Shown here: piece by piece, positions 49,863 to 59,266 of the stretch
Numbering within the stretch: the first letter of the stretch is position 1
Layout of the letters: each line of letters starts with the position of its first letter
Source: an uncultured Synergistota bacterium
GTDB taxonomy: Bacteria; Synergistota; JAGHAJ01
Reading direction: 5' to 3'
Length of the DNA stretch: 64,000 nt
NCBI GenBank assembly: GCA_964559865.1
Contig: CAZLJD010000025.1
Span: forward strand, 771-64,770
The notes under the pieces: generated by a model
What the model saw: the letters and a program-made list of their open reading frames with translations, nothing else
Databases searched by the model: none
Told to the model about the DNA's origin: nothing
Made by a program: the position numbers and the translations under genes

Positions 49863-51223
49863 TAGCTGTTACTGTATATCTCGGTTTTCTGTCCCTTATA
49901 GGTTTATGGAGACTTAAGAAACAGCAGACATTTGAAAATTTCTTCCTTTCTACGCAGAAGCTTGGCATGCTTGAAACATCTCTCACCTTGATGTCAACTT
50001 GGGTTGATTCTGCTATAATACTGGGTTTTAGTGGCTATTGCTACATGTTTGGCTACGATACGTTGTGGATAGCTATACCAACCTCTGTCGGTGTTTACAC
50101 CTTCTCCCTGTTCTTTGCTGCGAAAGTCAACAGGATAAGAAGAGGTTTTACGATTGGTGGTGTTATAGAGGAGGCATATGGAACGGGTGTATCTGTGGTT
50201 TCATCTCTATTCACGCTGTTGTATAGCATAACGCTAGTAGCAACGAATGTAATGGCTGCAGGGTATGTAATGCAAGTTATGGTAGGTGTGCCGTTTGTCG
50301 TGGGAGCTTTCCTGATTCTTGGAGTTGCAGTATTATATACGGTGGTAGGTGGGTTTAAAAAGGTTGTGGAGACTGACATAGCGCAGTTTTTCCTCTTGAT
50401 AGTGGGGTTGGGTGTGCTACTTTTGTTTGTATTGAAAGCTGTTGGGGGATTTGGTCATATCCAGAGAATGGCCTTTCGTTACCCAACAGCGTTTTCCGTA
50501 GGTGATGTGGCATCATTCTTTATAGTATTTACTTTCCCTTTTTGGGCAAATCCATCTTTTTATCAGAGATGTAATGCAGCAAAGTCACCTGATGTAGCGG
50601 TTGTTGGGGTTGCTACCGTTGGTTTGGTGGATTCTGTGATGACATTTGTGGCTCTGATCGTTGGGATTGCTGGAGTGATAATATTGGGGAGGGATGTAAT
50701 CCCTGATGCGGTCTTTCCTGGGGTAGTAAAGGCTGTTTTGCCTTGGGGGTTGAGAGACTTTGTAGGTTTGGCAATCCTGTCTGCTATAATGTCAACTGCG
50801 GATAGCTACCTGCTCATTGCTGGAGGGGTGATTGCTCATGATATATTGAAACCCATTAAGAGAGAAGTGATTGATGAACTTGTATATACAAGGGTTGGCA
50901 TAGTGCTTTCTGCAGCTGTTGCGTTGTTTGCAGCTATGATCTTCAAAAACATATTGGATGCTGCGATGTTTGCATTTTCCCTATTTGTTTCAAGCAATCT
51001 TATCCCACTTGTAGTGGCATTCTATGTAAAAGATGCGAAGCGTTTTGTTGCACCTTCGCTTGTTAGTATGTTAGGTGGCGGCTTAACGGTTGTGTTGTGG
51101 AAGATTTTTGATTGGGGTGATGTTTCCCTTTCCGTGATGTATGGACTTTTGGTATCCGGTATCTTGTGGTTACTATTGTACGGTTACAAAAGGGTTGTAA
51201 AGGGGCGTAGGTTGTATGGATAA
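49859..51223 (+). CDS. Sodium:solute symporter (SSS family)
   Basis: About 13 TMs, YTVVGGFKKVVETDIAQ, FYQR, SAIMSTADS. Confidence 0.92.
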   Translation: MIAVTVYLGFLSLIGLWRLKKQQTFENFFLSTQKLGMLETSLTLMSTWVDSAIILGFSGYCYMFGYDTLWIAIPTSVGVYTFSLFFAAKVNRIRRGFTIGGVIEEAYGTGVSVVSSLFTLLYSITLVATNVMAAGYVMQVMVGVPFVVGAFLILGVAVLYTVVGGFKKVVETDIAQFFLLIVGLGVLLLFVLKAVGGFGHIQRMAFRYPTAFSVGDVASFFIVFTFPFWANPSFYQRCNAAKSPDVAVVGVATVGLVDSVMTFVALIVGIAGVIILGRDVIPDAVFPGVVKAVLPWGLRDFVGLAILSAIMSTADSYLLIAGGVIAHDILKPIKREVIDELVYTRVGIVLSAAVALFAAMIFKNILDAAMFAFSLFVSSNLIPLVVAFYVKDAKRFVAPSLVSMLGGGLTVVLWKIFDWGDVSLSVMYGLLVSGILWLLLYGYKRVVKGRRLYG

Positions 51224-52004
51224 GAGGGTTTTAGAAGAGTTGTTGGAGGACTTTTCTGAAGGAAAGGTCTCAAAAGAAGATGTTTTGAAGGTATTTGAGA
51301 GTCTTCCTTATATGGATTTAGGGTTTGCACGGTTGGATACACACAGGCCATTCAGACGAGGATTGGATGAAGTAGTGTTTTGTAAAGGGAAGGCAAAGGA
51401 GCATGTAAAAGGCATTGCGAAGGCACTTTCTACTTCCACTGGTAATGTGGTTTTTACGCATGTTAACGAGGATATGTTTAGGGTTATTCAAGATGAAATT
51501 CCTGACATTGTGTATTACAAGGAGGCACTGATAGCAGCCTCTGTTAGGAGAAATGTTGATAAACCGAGAAAGGGTATAACGGTGGTTACTGCAGGCACTT
51601 CGGATATTAGGGTTGCGGAGGAGGCAGCTGTCATTGCTGAGATTTTGGGCAATGAGGTTGTTAGAATATACGATGTTGGTGTTGCCGGGATACATAGATT
51701 GTTTCCACACCTTGATACCTTGAGAAATTCGAATGTGGTTGTGACTGTTGCGGGTATGGAGGGCGCTTTAGTTACTGTAGTGGCTGGATTGATATCTTCT
51801 CCTGTCATAGCTGTTCCCACGAGCGTTGGCTATGGTGCAAACTTTAATGGACTTTCTTCTCTGCTTGCAATGTTGAATGCCTGTGTACCTGGTATAGGGG
51901 TGGTTAATATAGATAATGGTTTTGGTGCTGGGGTGTTGGCTCACATGATAAACAGTCTTGCGTACAGGGGTGATAGAAATAAAGATAGCGATACCAACCG
52001 ATGA
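51216..52004 (+). CDS. larB: Nickel-pincer cofactor biosynthesis protein LarB
   Basis: RLDTHR, TAGTSD, AEEA, DVGVAGIHRL, AGMEGAL, PTSVGYG, VNIDNGFGA. Confidence 0.93.
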   Translation: MDKRVLEELLEDFSEGKVSKEDVLKVFESLPYMDLGFARLDTHRPFRRGLDEVVFCKGKAKEHVKGIAKALSTSTGNVVFTHVNEDMFRVIQDEIPDIVYYKEALIAASVRRNVDKPRKGITVVTAGTSDIRVAEEAAVIAEILGNEVVRIYDVGVAGIHRLFPHLDTLRNSNVVVTVAGMEGALVTVVAGLISSPVIAVPTSVGYGANFNGLSSLLAMLNACVPGIGVVNIDNGFGAGVLAHMINSLAYRGDRNKDSDTNR

Positions 52005-52326
52005 TGGGGAGAAGGTATGCTCCAAGATGTTTGGTATGGCTGCATTTTATCTCATTTACGAATGTGATAGTGGAAAACTAAAGCTAATTGAAAAAAAGGT
52101 CAACCCCTATGCGAAGGAGATGCCAAGAGGAAAGACCTTTTATGTAATAGAGGTGCTCCGTGATTGTGATGTCTATGTGGTTTCTAGTATAGGAGCAAGG
52201 GGGAGAAGGAGGGTTTTGGAGAAGGGGATAACTATCTATGATGTTGAAAAAGGAATAGATATAAGTATAGTGCTGAAACGTATAGAGCTGGAGCTTTGTG
52301 GTGGACATGCTGTTGGTAGGGTATAG
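51970..52326 (+). CDS. NifB/NifX family cofactor-binding protein (start approximate)
   Basis: KIAIPTDDG...FGMAAFYLIY, DCDVYVVSSIGARG. Confidence 0.78.
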   Translation: MIEIKIAIPTDDGEKVCSKMFGMAAFYLIYECDSGKLKLIEKKVNPYAKEMPRGKTFYVIEVLRDCDVYVVSSIGARGRRRVLEKGITIYDVEKGIDISIVLKRIELELCGGHAVGRV

Positions 52327-53386
52327 CGTGAGGGCTCTGGCAGAATCTGTTGTTAAATACAGCTTTAGAGATGTGGTTGCCGTTGACTTTTTTGGGGATT
52401 GGGATTTGCGACATATTGTGGATAATGTTGAGGTCGTGGAAAGCAGGGAGCATTTGTCTACTATATTGGAAAGATATGCTAAACATGATGTAATCTATTC
52501 CTCCGTGTTGGAAAACGATGTAGTACTCCTTAACCTCTTGGGGGATAGGGTCATCGGTAACGGTGCAGAGGTGGTGGAAATAGTTAGGCCTGGCGAGAAG
52601 TGGTGGAATATTGCAGGGAGACTCCGTATAAGGATACCTAATGTTTTAACTGGGATGCTACCGTGTTGTTCGGGAAGGTGGTTGAAAAAACCTTATAAGA
52701 GTGGTGGTGGAAGAAGTATCTCTTTTTGGAGTGGCGAGAAGTTACCAGCTGGTTTTTATCTTCAAGAGTTTATAGATGGGGAGAGTTTTTCGTTTTTGTT
52801 TGTGAGTAATGGTAAAGATTTGATGCTTTTGGGTGTCACCCTTCAACTTGTTGGAGTGGACTTCCTTGGGGCTCACAGGTTTGCGTGGAGTGGAAATGTG
52901 TATCCAGCTAACCTTGAGCCTGACATCGTTGATGAAGTAAAAGAGTGGATTGCAAGGCTAACTTGTGAGGTAGGGCTTTGTGGTGTGTTTGGTGTAGATG
53001 TGATCGTGAAAGATAGCATCCCTTATGTTATAGAGATAAATCCAAGGTATACCGGTAGCATGGAGCTAATAGAGACTGCGTTGGGAATCAATATCTTTGG
53101 TCTCCACATGGGAGCGTGTAGAGGAAACCTTCCTCTTAATATTCCAGAGCCTTTGGCGTATTTCGGGAAAGGGATAGTTTATGCGGAAGTAGAACTCTGT
53201 GGTTTCAGAAGTGAAGAGATGTGGAATAGGGGTTTTAGAGATATACCGGTAGGTGAAAGCGTTATCCATAAGGGAAGCCCTGTTTGTTCTGTCTTTTCTT
53301 CAGGAGGGAGCATAGGAGAGGTAATAGATGGACTTATTGAGCAGAAGAGATGGTTGTATGAGAAGGGAGTGAGAACTTGTGTATAG
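52298..53386 (+). CDS. ATP-grasp carboligase of H4MPT/methanofuran clusters (COG2232-like)
   Basis: SVRALAES, VDFFGDWDL, KPYKSGGG, QEFIDG, EINPRYTGS. Confidence 0.8.
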   Translation: MVDMLLVGYSVRALAESVVKYSFRDVVAVDFFGDWDLRHIVDNVEVVESREHLSTILERYAKHDVIYSSVLENDVVLLNLLGDRVIGNGAEVVEIVRPGEKWWNIAGRLRIRIPNVLTGMLPCCSGRWLKKPYKSGGGRSISFWSGEKLPAGFYLQEFIDGESFSFLFVSNGKDLMLLGVTLQLVGVDFLGAHRFAWSGNVYPANLEPDIVDEVKEWIARLTCEVGLCGVFGVDVIVKDSIPYVIEINPRYTGSMELIETALGINIFGLHMGACRGNLPLNIPEPLAYFGKGIVYAEVELCGFRSEEMWNRGFRDIPVGESVIHKGSPVCSVFSSGGSIGEVIDGLIEQKRWLYEKGVRTCV

Positions 53387-53753
53387 GCTGATTACTGGTA
53401 GAACTGCAAAACAAGGTGTGGCTCTTCATGTGGGTAAGACCACAAGGCAGTATCAGGAATCGGTTGCTGTTGCCTATTTTAACGAAGAGGATATGCGGAG
53501 AAATGGGATAGCCGAGGGGGGGGCTGTTTTGCTGAGAAGCAAGTTTGGTAGAGTAGTAGTCAGGGCACATAAAGGGAGTGTCCCTAAGGGGATGGTATTT
53601 ATGCCTTACGGTCCTTGGGCAAACCTTTTGACATCTGCTGATACCAATGGGATAGGAATGCCAGATTTGAAGGGTGTAGAAGTTGATGCAACTTCCTCTA
53701 ATGAAGAAATCTGGGATTGGGAACGGGTGCTGAAAGAGGTGAATAGTCAATGA
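53379..53753 (+). CDS. fwdD: Formylmethanofuran dehydrogenase subunit D (molybdopterin dinucleotide-binding)
   Basis: LITGRT..QG, VFMPYGPWAN, GMPDLKG. Confidence 0.9.
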   Translation: MYRLITGRTAKQGVALHVGKTTRQYQESVAVAYFNEEDMRRNGIAEGGAVLLRSKFGRVVVRAHKGSVPKGMVFMPYGPWANLLTSADTNGIGMPDLKGVEVDATSSNEEIWDWERVLKEVNSQ

Positions 53754-55027
53754 GGATACAAAATGTCGTTTGCCCCTTCTGTGGTTGCCTATGTGATGAT
53801 ATAGAAGTGGAAATAGAAAGCGGAAAGGTAGTTAATGTTAAAAAGGCTTGTGGAGTGGGGAGGGCATTGTTTCTTAATCACGAAGAGGACCTTGCTGAAC
53901 CTTTAATGTATGGAAGTGTCGCTTCTATAGAGGATGTTGTGACAGAGGCTGTAAGAGTGGTATCTTCTGCTAAGCATCTTCTTATATATGGGCTTAGCTC
54001 TACATCTATAGAAGCACAAAGAATGGCGATAAGATTGGCGGAATTGGTTGGTGGCAGTATAGATCAGACATCTTCTGTTTGTCACGGACCTACGACTATG
54101 GCAATTCAACAGTCTGGGATTCCTACCTGCACGCTGGGAGAGGCAAAGAACAGGGCAGATGTTGTAGTCTTTTGGGGTTCAAATCCTTTGGAGTCCCATC
54201 AGAGGCATTATGAGAGGTACTCACTGTTTGCAAAGGGTATGTTTGTGCCAGACGGTAGGAAGGGCAGAAAACTTGTAGTTATTGATGTAAGGGATACAGT
54301 TTCTTCTAAGCTGGCAAATCTGTTTGTTCGTGTAGAGTATGGGAGTGATTATGAAGTCCTTACTGCGTTGAGGATGTTGCTCAAGGGGGTAAAACCTTCA
54401 AAAGAATGTGTAGGTGGCGTTTGTATAGATGAATTACAGAAGCTGTTAGATGTGATGCTGTCGGCGAAGTATGGTGTGATATTCTTTGGCATGGGATTGA
54501 CGATGACTGGAGGGAAGTATCACAATATAGAGGCGGCCATATCTCTTGTAAGAGAGTTAAACGCTCATGCAAGGTGGTCAATAGAAGCTATGAGGGGACA
54601 TTATAATGTCAAGGGGGCTGGGAGTGTTTTGGCTTGGCAGACGGGCTTTCCCTTTGCGGTGAATTTCTCTTTGGGATACCCGAGATATATGCCGGGTGAG
54701 TTTTCTGCTGTTGATCTACTTAGGAGGAGGGAGATAGACGCTATGCTGGTTATAGCCTCTGATCCTGTTGCTACATTTCCAAGGTCTGCTGTGAAAACAA
54801 TGATGGAGATCCCACTAATATCTATAGACCCAAAGCAAAGCTTAACAACGAAGGTAGCTGATGTCGTTATACCGACGGCGCAGGTTGGAATTGCAGCGGA
54901 AGGGACGGCTTATCGTATGGATGGTGTCCCTCTGAGGCTGAAAAAGATAGTAGATTCTCCTTTTCCTTCAGACGAGGAGGTCATTTCCTCCATAATAAGA
55001 GGAGTGAAGAAGGTGAAATATCAATGA
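53750..55027 (+). CDS. fwdB: Formylmethanofuran dehydrogenase subunit B (Mo/W-pterin)
   Basis: CPFCGCLCDD...C Fe-S motif, SVCHGP, MRGHYNV. Confidence 0.93.
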   Translation: MRIQNVVCPFCGCLCDDIEVEIESGKVVNVKKACGVGRALFLNHEEDLAEPLMYGSVASIEDVVTEAVRVVSSAKHLLIYGLSSTSIEAQRMAIRLAELVGGSIDQTSSVCHGPTTMAIQQSGIPTCTLGEAKNRADVVVFWGSNPLESHQRHYERYSLFAKGMFVPDGRKGRKLVVIDVRDTVSSKLANLFVRVEYGSDYEVLTALRMLLKGVKPSKECVGGVCIDELQKLLDVMLSAKYGVIFFGMGLTMTGGKYHNIEAAISLVRELNAHARWSIEAMRGHYNVKGAGSVLAWQTGFPFAVNFSLGYPRYMPGEFSAVDLLRRREIDAMLVIASDPVATFPRSAVKTMMEIPLISIDPKQSLTTKVADVVIPTAQVGIAAEGTAYRMDGVPLRLKKIVDSPFPSDEEVISSIIRGVKKVKYQ

Positions 55028-56655
55028 GTAGATTTGTTATAAGAAATGGTAAGATTTACGATCCTGCGAATAATGTGCATGGTGATGTGAGAGACATTTT
55101 TGTTGATAATGGGAAGATTGTTGATGCTATGGATATGGATGGCGTAGAGGTTGTAGACGCAGATGGTATGATAGTAGCCCCTGGTAATGTGGAGATACAT
55201 AGCCATATAGCAGGTCCCAAGCTTACTATAGGCAGGCTCTTGAGACCAGAAGATCATATAAGAGATGTCGTAAAAAGCGAGTATCCATTGAGATCCGGCG
55301 TTGGTTTTTCTATTCCTACTACTTTTATTACTGCTTACAGATACCTTACATTGGGATATACCACACTTATGGAGGCAGCTGTTCCACCACTGGAAGCAAG
55401 ACACACCCTTGATGAGTTAGAAGACATGCCAGTAGTTGACAAAGGTATGTATATCCTTATGGGCAATAACAACATACTGTTTTCTCTACTTAAGGAGAAA
55501 GAGTATGATATGGCAAGAGACTTTGTTGGTTGGTTATTGAAGGCCACGGGTGGTTATGCTATCAAGGTGGTCAACCCAGGTGGTACAGATAGCTGGAAGT
55601 GGGGCAAGATATTTAACTCCTTGAGAGACGAAACAGTATGGGGAATAAGACCTATTGATGTCCTTAAGCTTTTGGTTGAGAGTGTGGAATACTTTCACCT
55701 TCCGCATCCTGTTCACCTTCATACATATAATCTTGGTTCCCCCGGTAGTTATAATGCAGCTTTAGATACTATCCATGCTCTTGGGGATTATTCCTTGCAT
55801 CTTACCCATTTGCAGTATTATTGCTATGGGGGTGATAGTTGGTCCACATTTAGATCTGAGGCTGAAGAAGTTGCTGCTGAATTGAGAGATCACCCTAAGA
55901 TCACTGCAGATATGGGTCAAGTTCTGTTTGAAGATACGACTACTATGACGGCAGATACGCCGTGGCAATACAAGTTACACATGCTCACTGGTAATAGATG
56001 GGTTAGCACAGATGTTGAGGTCGAGGCGGGCTCGGGTATAGTTCCTTATAGATATAAGAGGAGTAGTATAGTTAATGCGGTTCAGTGGGCTACGGGTTTG
56101 GAACTTGCTTTGATGCTTAGCCCTTGGCAGATATTTCTGACAACAGATAGCCCGAATGGTGGACCGTTTTTTATGTACCCAGAGGTTATAAGGTGGCTAA
56201 CCAGTGAGGATGCAAGACAGGATGTGATAAGCTCGCTACCTTCCTCCTTTAAGAGAAGGACTATATTGGGAGATATCCACAGAGAGTTGTCATTAGAGGA
56301 GATAATAGTCATGATGAGTTCAGGTCCTGCTAAGGCTTTAGGTCTCAAGAATAGGGGGCACCTGGGTATTGGAGCAGATGCTGACATAGCAATATACAAA
56401 GAGAGGGGTAGTGTAGCTGATACGCTGTCCCGTGTTCATATGCTGTTTAAAAGCGGGGAGTTAGTTGTGGACGATGGAAAGATAGTTTCGGGGGAACTGG
56501 TGGGCAAACTCTTTGTTGTGGATACCGGGGTAGATGATGAGGTGTTGGGTGATAAAGTGGCAAGAATGTTCGATGAGTTCTATTCCGTTAGCTTTTCTAA
56601 CTATAGGGTAGAAGATGTGTATCTCAGGAATAGGGAGGTAGTCTGCTGTGGATAG
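55024..56655 (+). CDS. fwdA: Formylmethanofuran dehydrogenase subunit A (amidohydrolase)
   Basis: IHSHIAG, KVVNPGG, HPVHLH, TTDSPNGGPF. Confidence 0.94.
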   Translation: MSRFVIRNGKIYDPANNVHGDVRDIFVDNGKIVDAMDMDGVEVVDADGMIVAPGNVEIHSHIAGPKLTIGRLLRPEDHIRDVVKSEYPLRSGVGFSIPTTFITAYRYLTLGYTTLMEAAVPPLEARHTLDELEDMPVVDKGMYILMGNNNILFSLLKEKEYDMARDFVGWLLKATGGYAIKVVNPGGTDSWKWGKIFNSLRDETVWGIRPIDVLKLLVESVEYFHLPHPVHLHTYNLGSPGSYNAALDTIHALGDYSLHLTHLQYYCYGGDSWSTFRSEAEEVAAELRDHPKITADMGQVLFEDTTTMTADTPWQYKLHMLTGNRWVSTDVEVEAGSGIVPYRYKRSSIVNAVQWATGLELALMLSPWQIFLTTDSPNGGPFFMYPEVIRWLTSEDARQDVISSLPSSFKRRTILGDIHRELSLEEIIVMMSSGPAKALGLKNRGHLGIGADADIAIYKERGSVADTLSRVHMLFKSGELVVDDGKIVSGELVGKLFVVDTGVDDEVLGDKVARMFDEFYSVSFSNYRVEDVYLRNREVVCCG

Positions 56656-57532
56656 TATGGTAACCATGGTTGAAGATACATTTGCAGAGGCATTCAAAAT
56701 GTACGGTGTTCGTCTGATAATTACGGCTATTAACAGAGAGTGGGTTATGCACGCAGCAAGGTGTGTGACAGGATTCGCTACATCGGTTATAGGTTGTGGG
56801 TGTGAAGCTGGCATAGAAGGTGATGTGGAAGACGCTCCTGATGGCAGGGTAGGAGTAAGTGTACTCATCTTTTCGATGACCAAAGACTCCCTTGAGAAAC
56901 AGCTTTTGAACAGGATAGGACAGTGCGTTTTGACATGTCCCACTGCATCCTGCTTTAATGGGCTTGACTGTGATGAGATGCTTCCTGTTGGAAAGAAGTT
57001 AAGGTACTTTGGTGACGGGTTTCAAATGAGCAAGTTTATAAATGGTAGAAGGTTCTGGAGGATCCCCATTATGGAAGGAGAGGCATTAATAGAGGAGAGT
57101 TATGGTGTGGCTGAAGCGGTAGGGGGTGGAAATATACTCATTTTGGCAGACTCTGTTGAACATGCGCTATATGCCAGTGAGAAAGCAGTTTCTTCGGCTA
57201 ATGTGGTGAAGGGTGTAATAATGCCTTTCCCGGGAGGTGTCGTGAGGAGTGGCAGTAAGGTGGGTTCTAAATATAAGTTTTTGCATGCCTCTACAAATAC
57301 TGCTTTTGTTCCTCAATTGCGAGCACACACTTCGAAGGATTTGCTGAGTGGTGTCAGATCTGTGTTGGAAATAGTCTTTGATGGATTATCTTTGGATGCT
57401 GTTAAGAAGGCTATGAGGTTGGCTATAGAGAATGCGGTTGGGTGTGAAGGTGTATTGGGGATAAGTGCAGGAAACTATGGCGGTAATCTTGGTAAGTATA
57501 GGATATATCTGAAAGAGGTTTTGGAGGTCTGA
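56648..57532 (+). CDS. ftr: Formylmethanofuran:H4MPT formyltransferase (Ftr/FhcD)
   Basis: EDTFAEAF, GCEAGIE, RIGQCVLTCPT, PFPGGVVRSGSKVGS, SAGNYGG. Confidence 0.96.
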   Translation: MDSMVTMVEDTFAEAFKMYGVRLIITAINREWVMHAARCVTGFATSVIGCGCEAGIEGDVEDAPDGRVGVSVLIFSMTKDSLEKQLLNRIGQCVLTCPTASCFNGLDCDEMLPVGKKLRYFGDGFQMSKFINGRRFWRIPIMEGEALIEESYGVAEAVGGGNILILADSVEHALYASEKAVSSANVVKGVIMPFPGGVVRSGSKVGSKYKFLHASTNTAFVPQLRAHTSKDLLSGVRSVLEIVFDGLSLDAVKKAMRLAIENAVGCEGVLGISAGNYGGNLGKYRIYLKEVLEV

Positions 57533-57536
57533 GAAG

Positions 57537-58349
57537 ATGGTTAGGTTAAAGCTAAAAGAAGAAATTAGTGTGCCTTTGGAGATCCCTGCTGCCAAACCGG
57601 ATGTGATAGTAAAGTGTTCTGGTATTTCAGAAGTAGAACGATTACCTGTATATTACGGTAACGAAACGGCCTTTTTAGGTGATTTTTTTGAGGTGACAGG
57701 GAGAGTAGAGGATGTTGTCTTTTTAGAAGGGGATCTGAAAAAGGTGAAGAGGATTGGTGAAAATATGTCCTTTGGTACTATTGAGGTGTATGGAGATGTT
57801 GGAATGCACCTCGCCAAGGGTATGCGTGGTGGTAAAGTTTTTGTGCATGGAAATGTTTCTGATTGGATGGCATCTGGTATGAGTGGTGGTATTATTAGAG
57901 TTGATGGTAATGTTGGCAACTTTGCTTGTGCATCATACTGGGGTGAGAGAAGAGGAGTAACTGGTGGAGTGGTATTTATAAATGGCTCTGTAGGTGACGA
58001 CCTTGGAAGGAGGATGAGGAGGGGCATTGTCCTTGTATCTGGTAGTGCTGGTAAGTTTGCTGGTTCTGAAGTGATTGCTGGCACGATCTTTATCATGGGT
58101 GAGGTAGGAGATGGGCTTGGGGCAGGTATGAAGAGGGGTAGTATAGTTTTGCGTCATCAACCGGAATTATTGCCTTCATTTTTGTATAGTGGTGAATTTA
58201 AGCCTTATTTCATTTCTGTTTATTTTCGTTACTTCGAAGATGTCTTTTCTTTTGAATTGTCGTCTGTGTTTGGAAAAGGCTATTTCAGGCGATATATGGG
58301 AGACTTTCTTTCTTTTGGTAAAGGAGAGATTCTTGTATGCTTAGATTGA
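57537..58349 (+). CDS. fwdC: Formylmethanofuran dehydrogenase subunit C
   Basis: GXGXXG beta-helix repeats (GXGMXGG, RRMRRG, GAGMKRG). Confidence 0.92.
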   Translation: MVRLKLKEEISVPLEIPAAKPDVIVKCSGISEVERLPVYYGNETAFLGDFFEVTGRVEDVVFLEGDLKKVKRIGENMSFGTIEVYGDVGMHLAKGMRGGKVFVHGNVSDWMASGMSGGIIRVDGNVGNFACASYWGERRGVTGGVVFINGSVGDDLGRRMRRGIVLVSGSAGKFAGSEVIAGTIFIMGEVGDGLGAGMKRGSIVLRHQPELLPSFLYSGEFKPYFISVYFRYFEDVFSFELSSVFGKGYFRRYMGDFLSFGKGEILVCLD

Positions 58350-59266
58350 ACGAAAGGGCTTGGGGTATCCTTTTAGATGTGGTTGAACATGCAGTTGATC
58401 TTCGGGTGAGGACATTTTACTCTAAAGGCGGTGCTATTTTGGTGGATGCGGGGATTGAGGCTGAAGGCTCTCTGAATGCTGGTATACTCATCTCTGAGAT
58501 GTTGCTTTCGGGTTTGGGAGATGTAAATGTCTTTTATGCGTCTGATTGGCTTAGTGTTCAGGTTTCTACAGATTTGCCTGTGGTTGCTTGTCTTGCCTCT
58601 CAGTATGCTGGGTGGAAGATCTCTTTGGGCAGTTTTTATGGCATGTGTTCCGGACCCGGTAGGCTCTTGGGGAGCAAAGAGGAGCTCTTTGATAGGTTTG
58701 GATGGTTGGAAGGTAGCACGAGGGCAGTATTGTTTATAGAGACATCTGATGTGCCTTCTCAGGAGGTAGTGGAGTATGTGTCCGATAGTTGCAAACTACA
58801 CGAGGACAGAATAGGTATAGTATTTTCGTCTTCTAATAGTCTTGTGGGTTCCATACAGGTGCCAGCGAGAGTGGTGGAGACAGGCATCCACAAGCTCATG
58901 GAGGTAGGTTATGATGTTTCAAAGATAAGATCAGCAGTGGGGTCTTCACCTATACCTCCTATAGGTGAGAGTGCTCTGGATGCTATAGGAAAATTGAATG
59001 ATGCTATCATATATGGAGGAAGGACGATATTCTATGTGGATGATGCAGACGACTTGTCAGATGTTATTAAGAAGATTCCTTCGAGTGCTTCTGCAAACTA
59101 TGGTTTACCGTTTTTGGAAATATTCGGGCGAAACAACAATGACTTTTACAGTATAGATCCCCTTTTGTTCAGCCCGGCTGAAGTCTCTATGATATCTCTT
59201 AGAACAGGTAGGCTCTACCGTGCTGGTAGAGTGAATGTTGAGATATTGGAGAACTCTTTCAGATGA
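58337..59266 (+). CDS. mch: Methenyl-H4MPT cyclohydrolase
   Basis: DAGIEAEGS, CLASQYAGW, SGPGR, NDAIIYGG, FYSIDPLLFSPA. Confidence 0.96.
   Translation: MLRLNERAWGILLDVVEHAVDLRVRTFYSKGGAILVDAGIEAEGSLNAGILISEMLLSGLGDVNVFYASDWLSVQVSTDLPVVACLASQYAGWKISLGSFYGMCSGPGRLLGSKEELFDRFGWLEGSTRAVLFIETSDVPSQEVVEYVSDSCKLHEDRIGIVFSSSNSLVGSIQVPARVVETGIHKLMEVGYDVSKIRSAVGSSPIPPIGESALDAIGKLNDAIIYGGRTIFYVDDADDLSDVIKKIPSSASANYGLPFLEIFGRNNNDFYSIDPLLFSPAEVSMISLRTGRLYRAGRVNVEILENSFR

Noticed and set aside
53750-55027. Selenocysteine in FwdB
   Set aside because: The ligand codon is TGT (Cys) in SVCHGP and there is no in-frame TGA.
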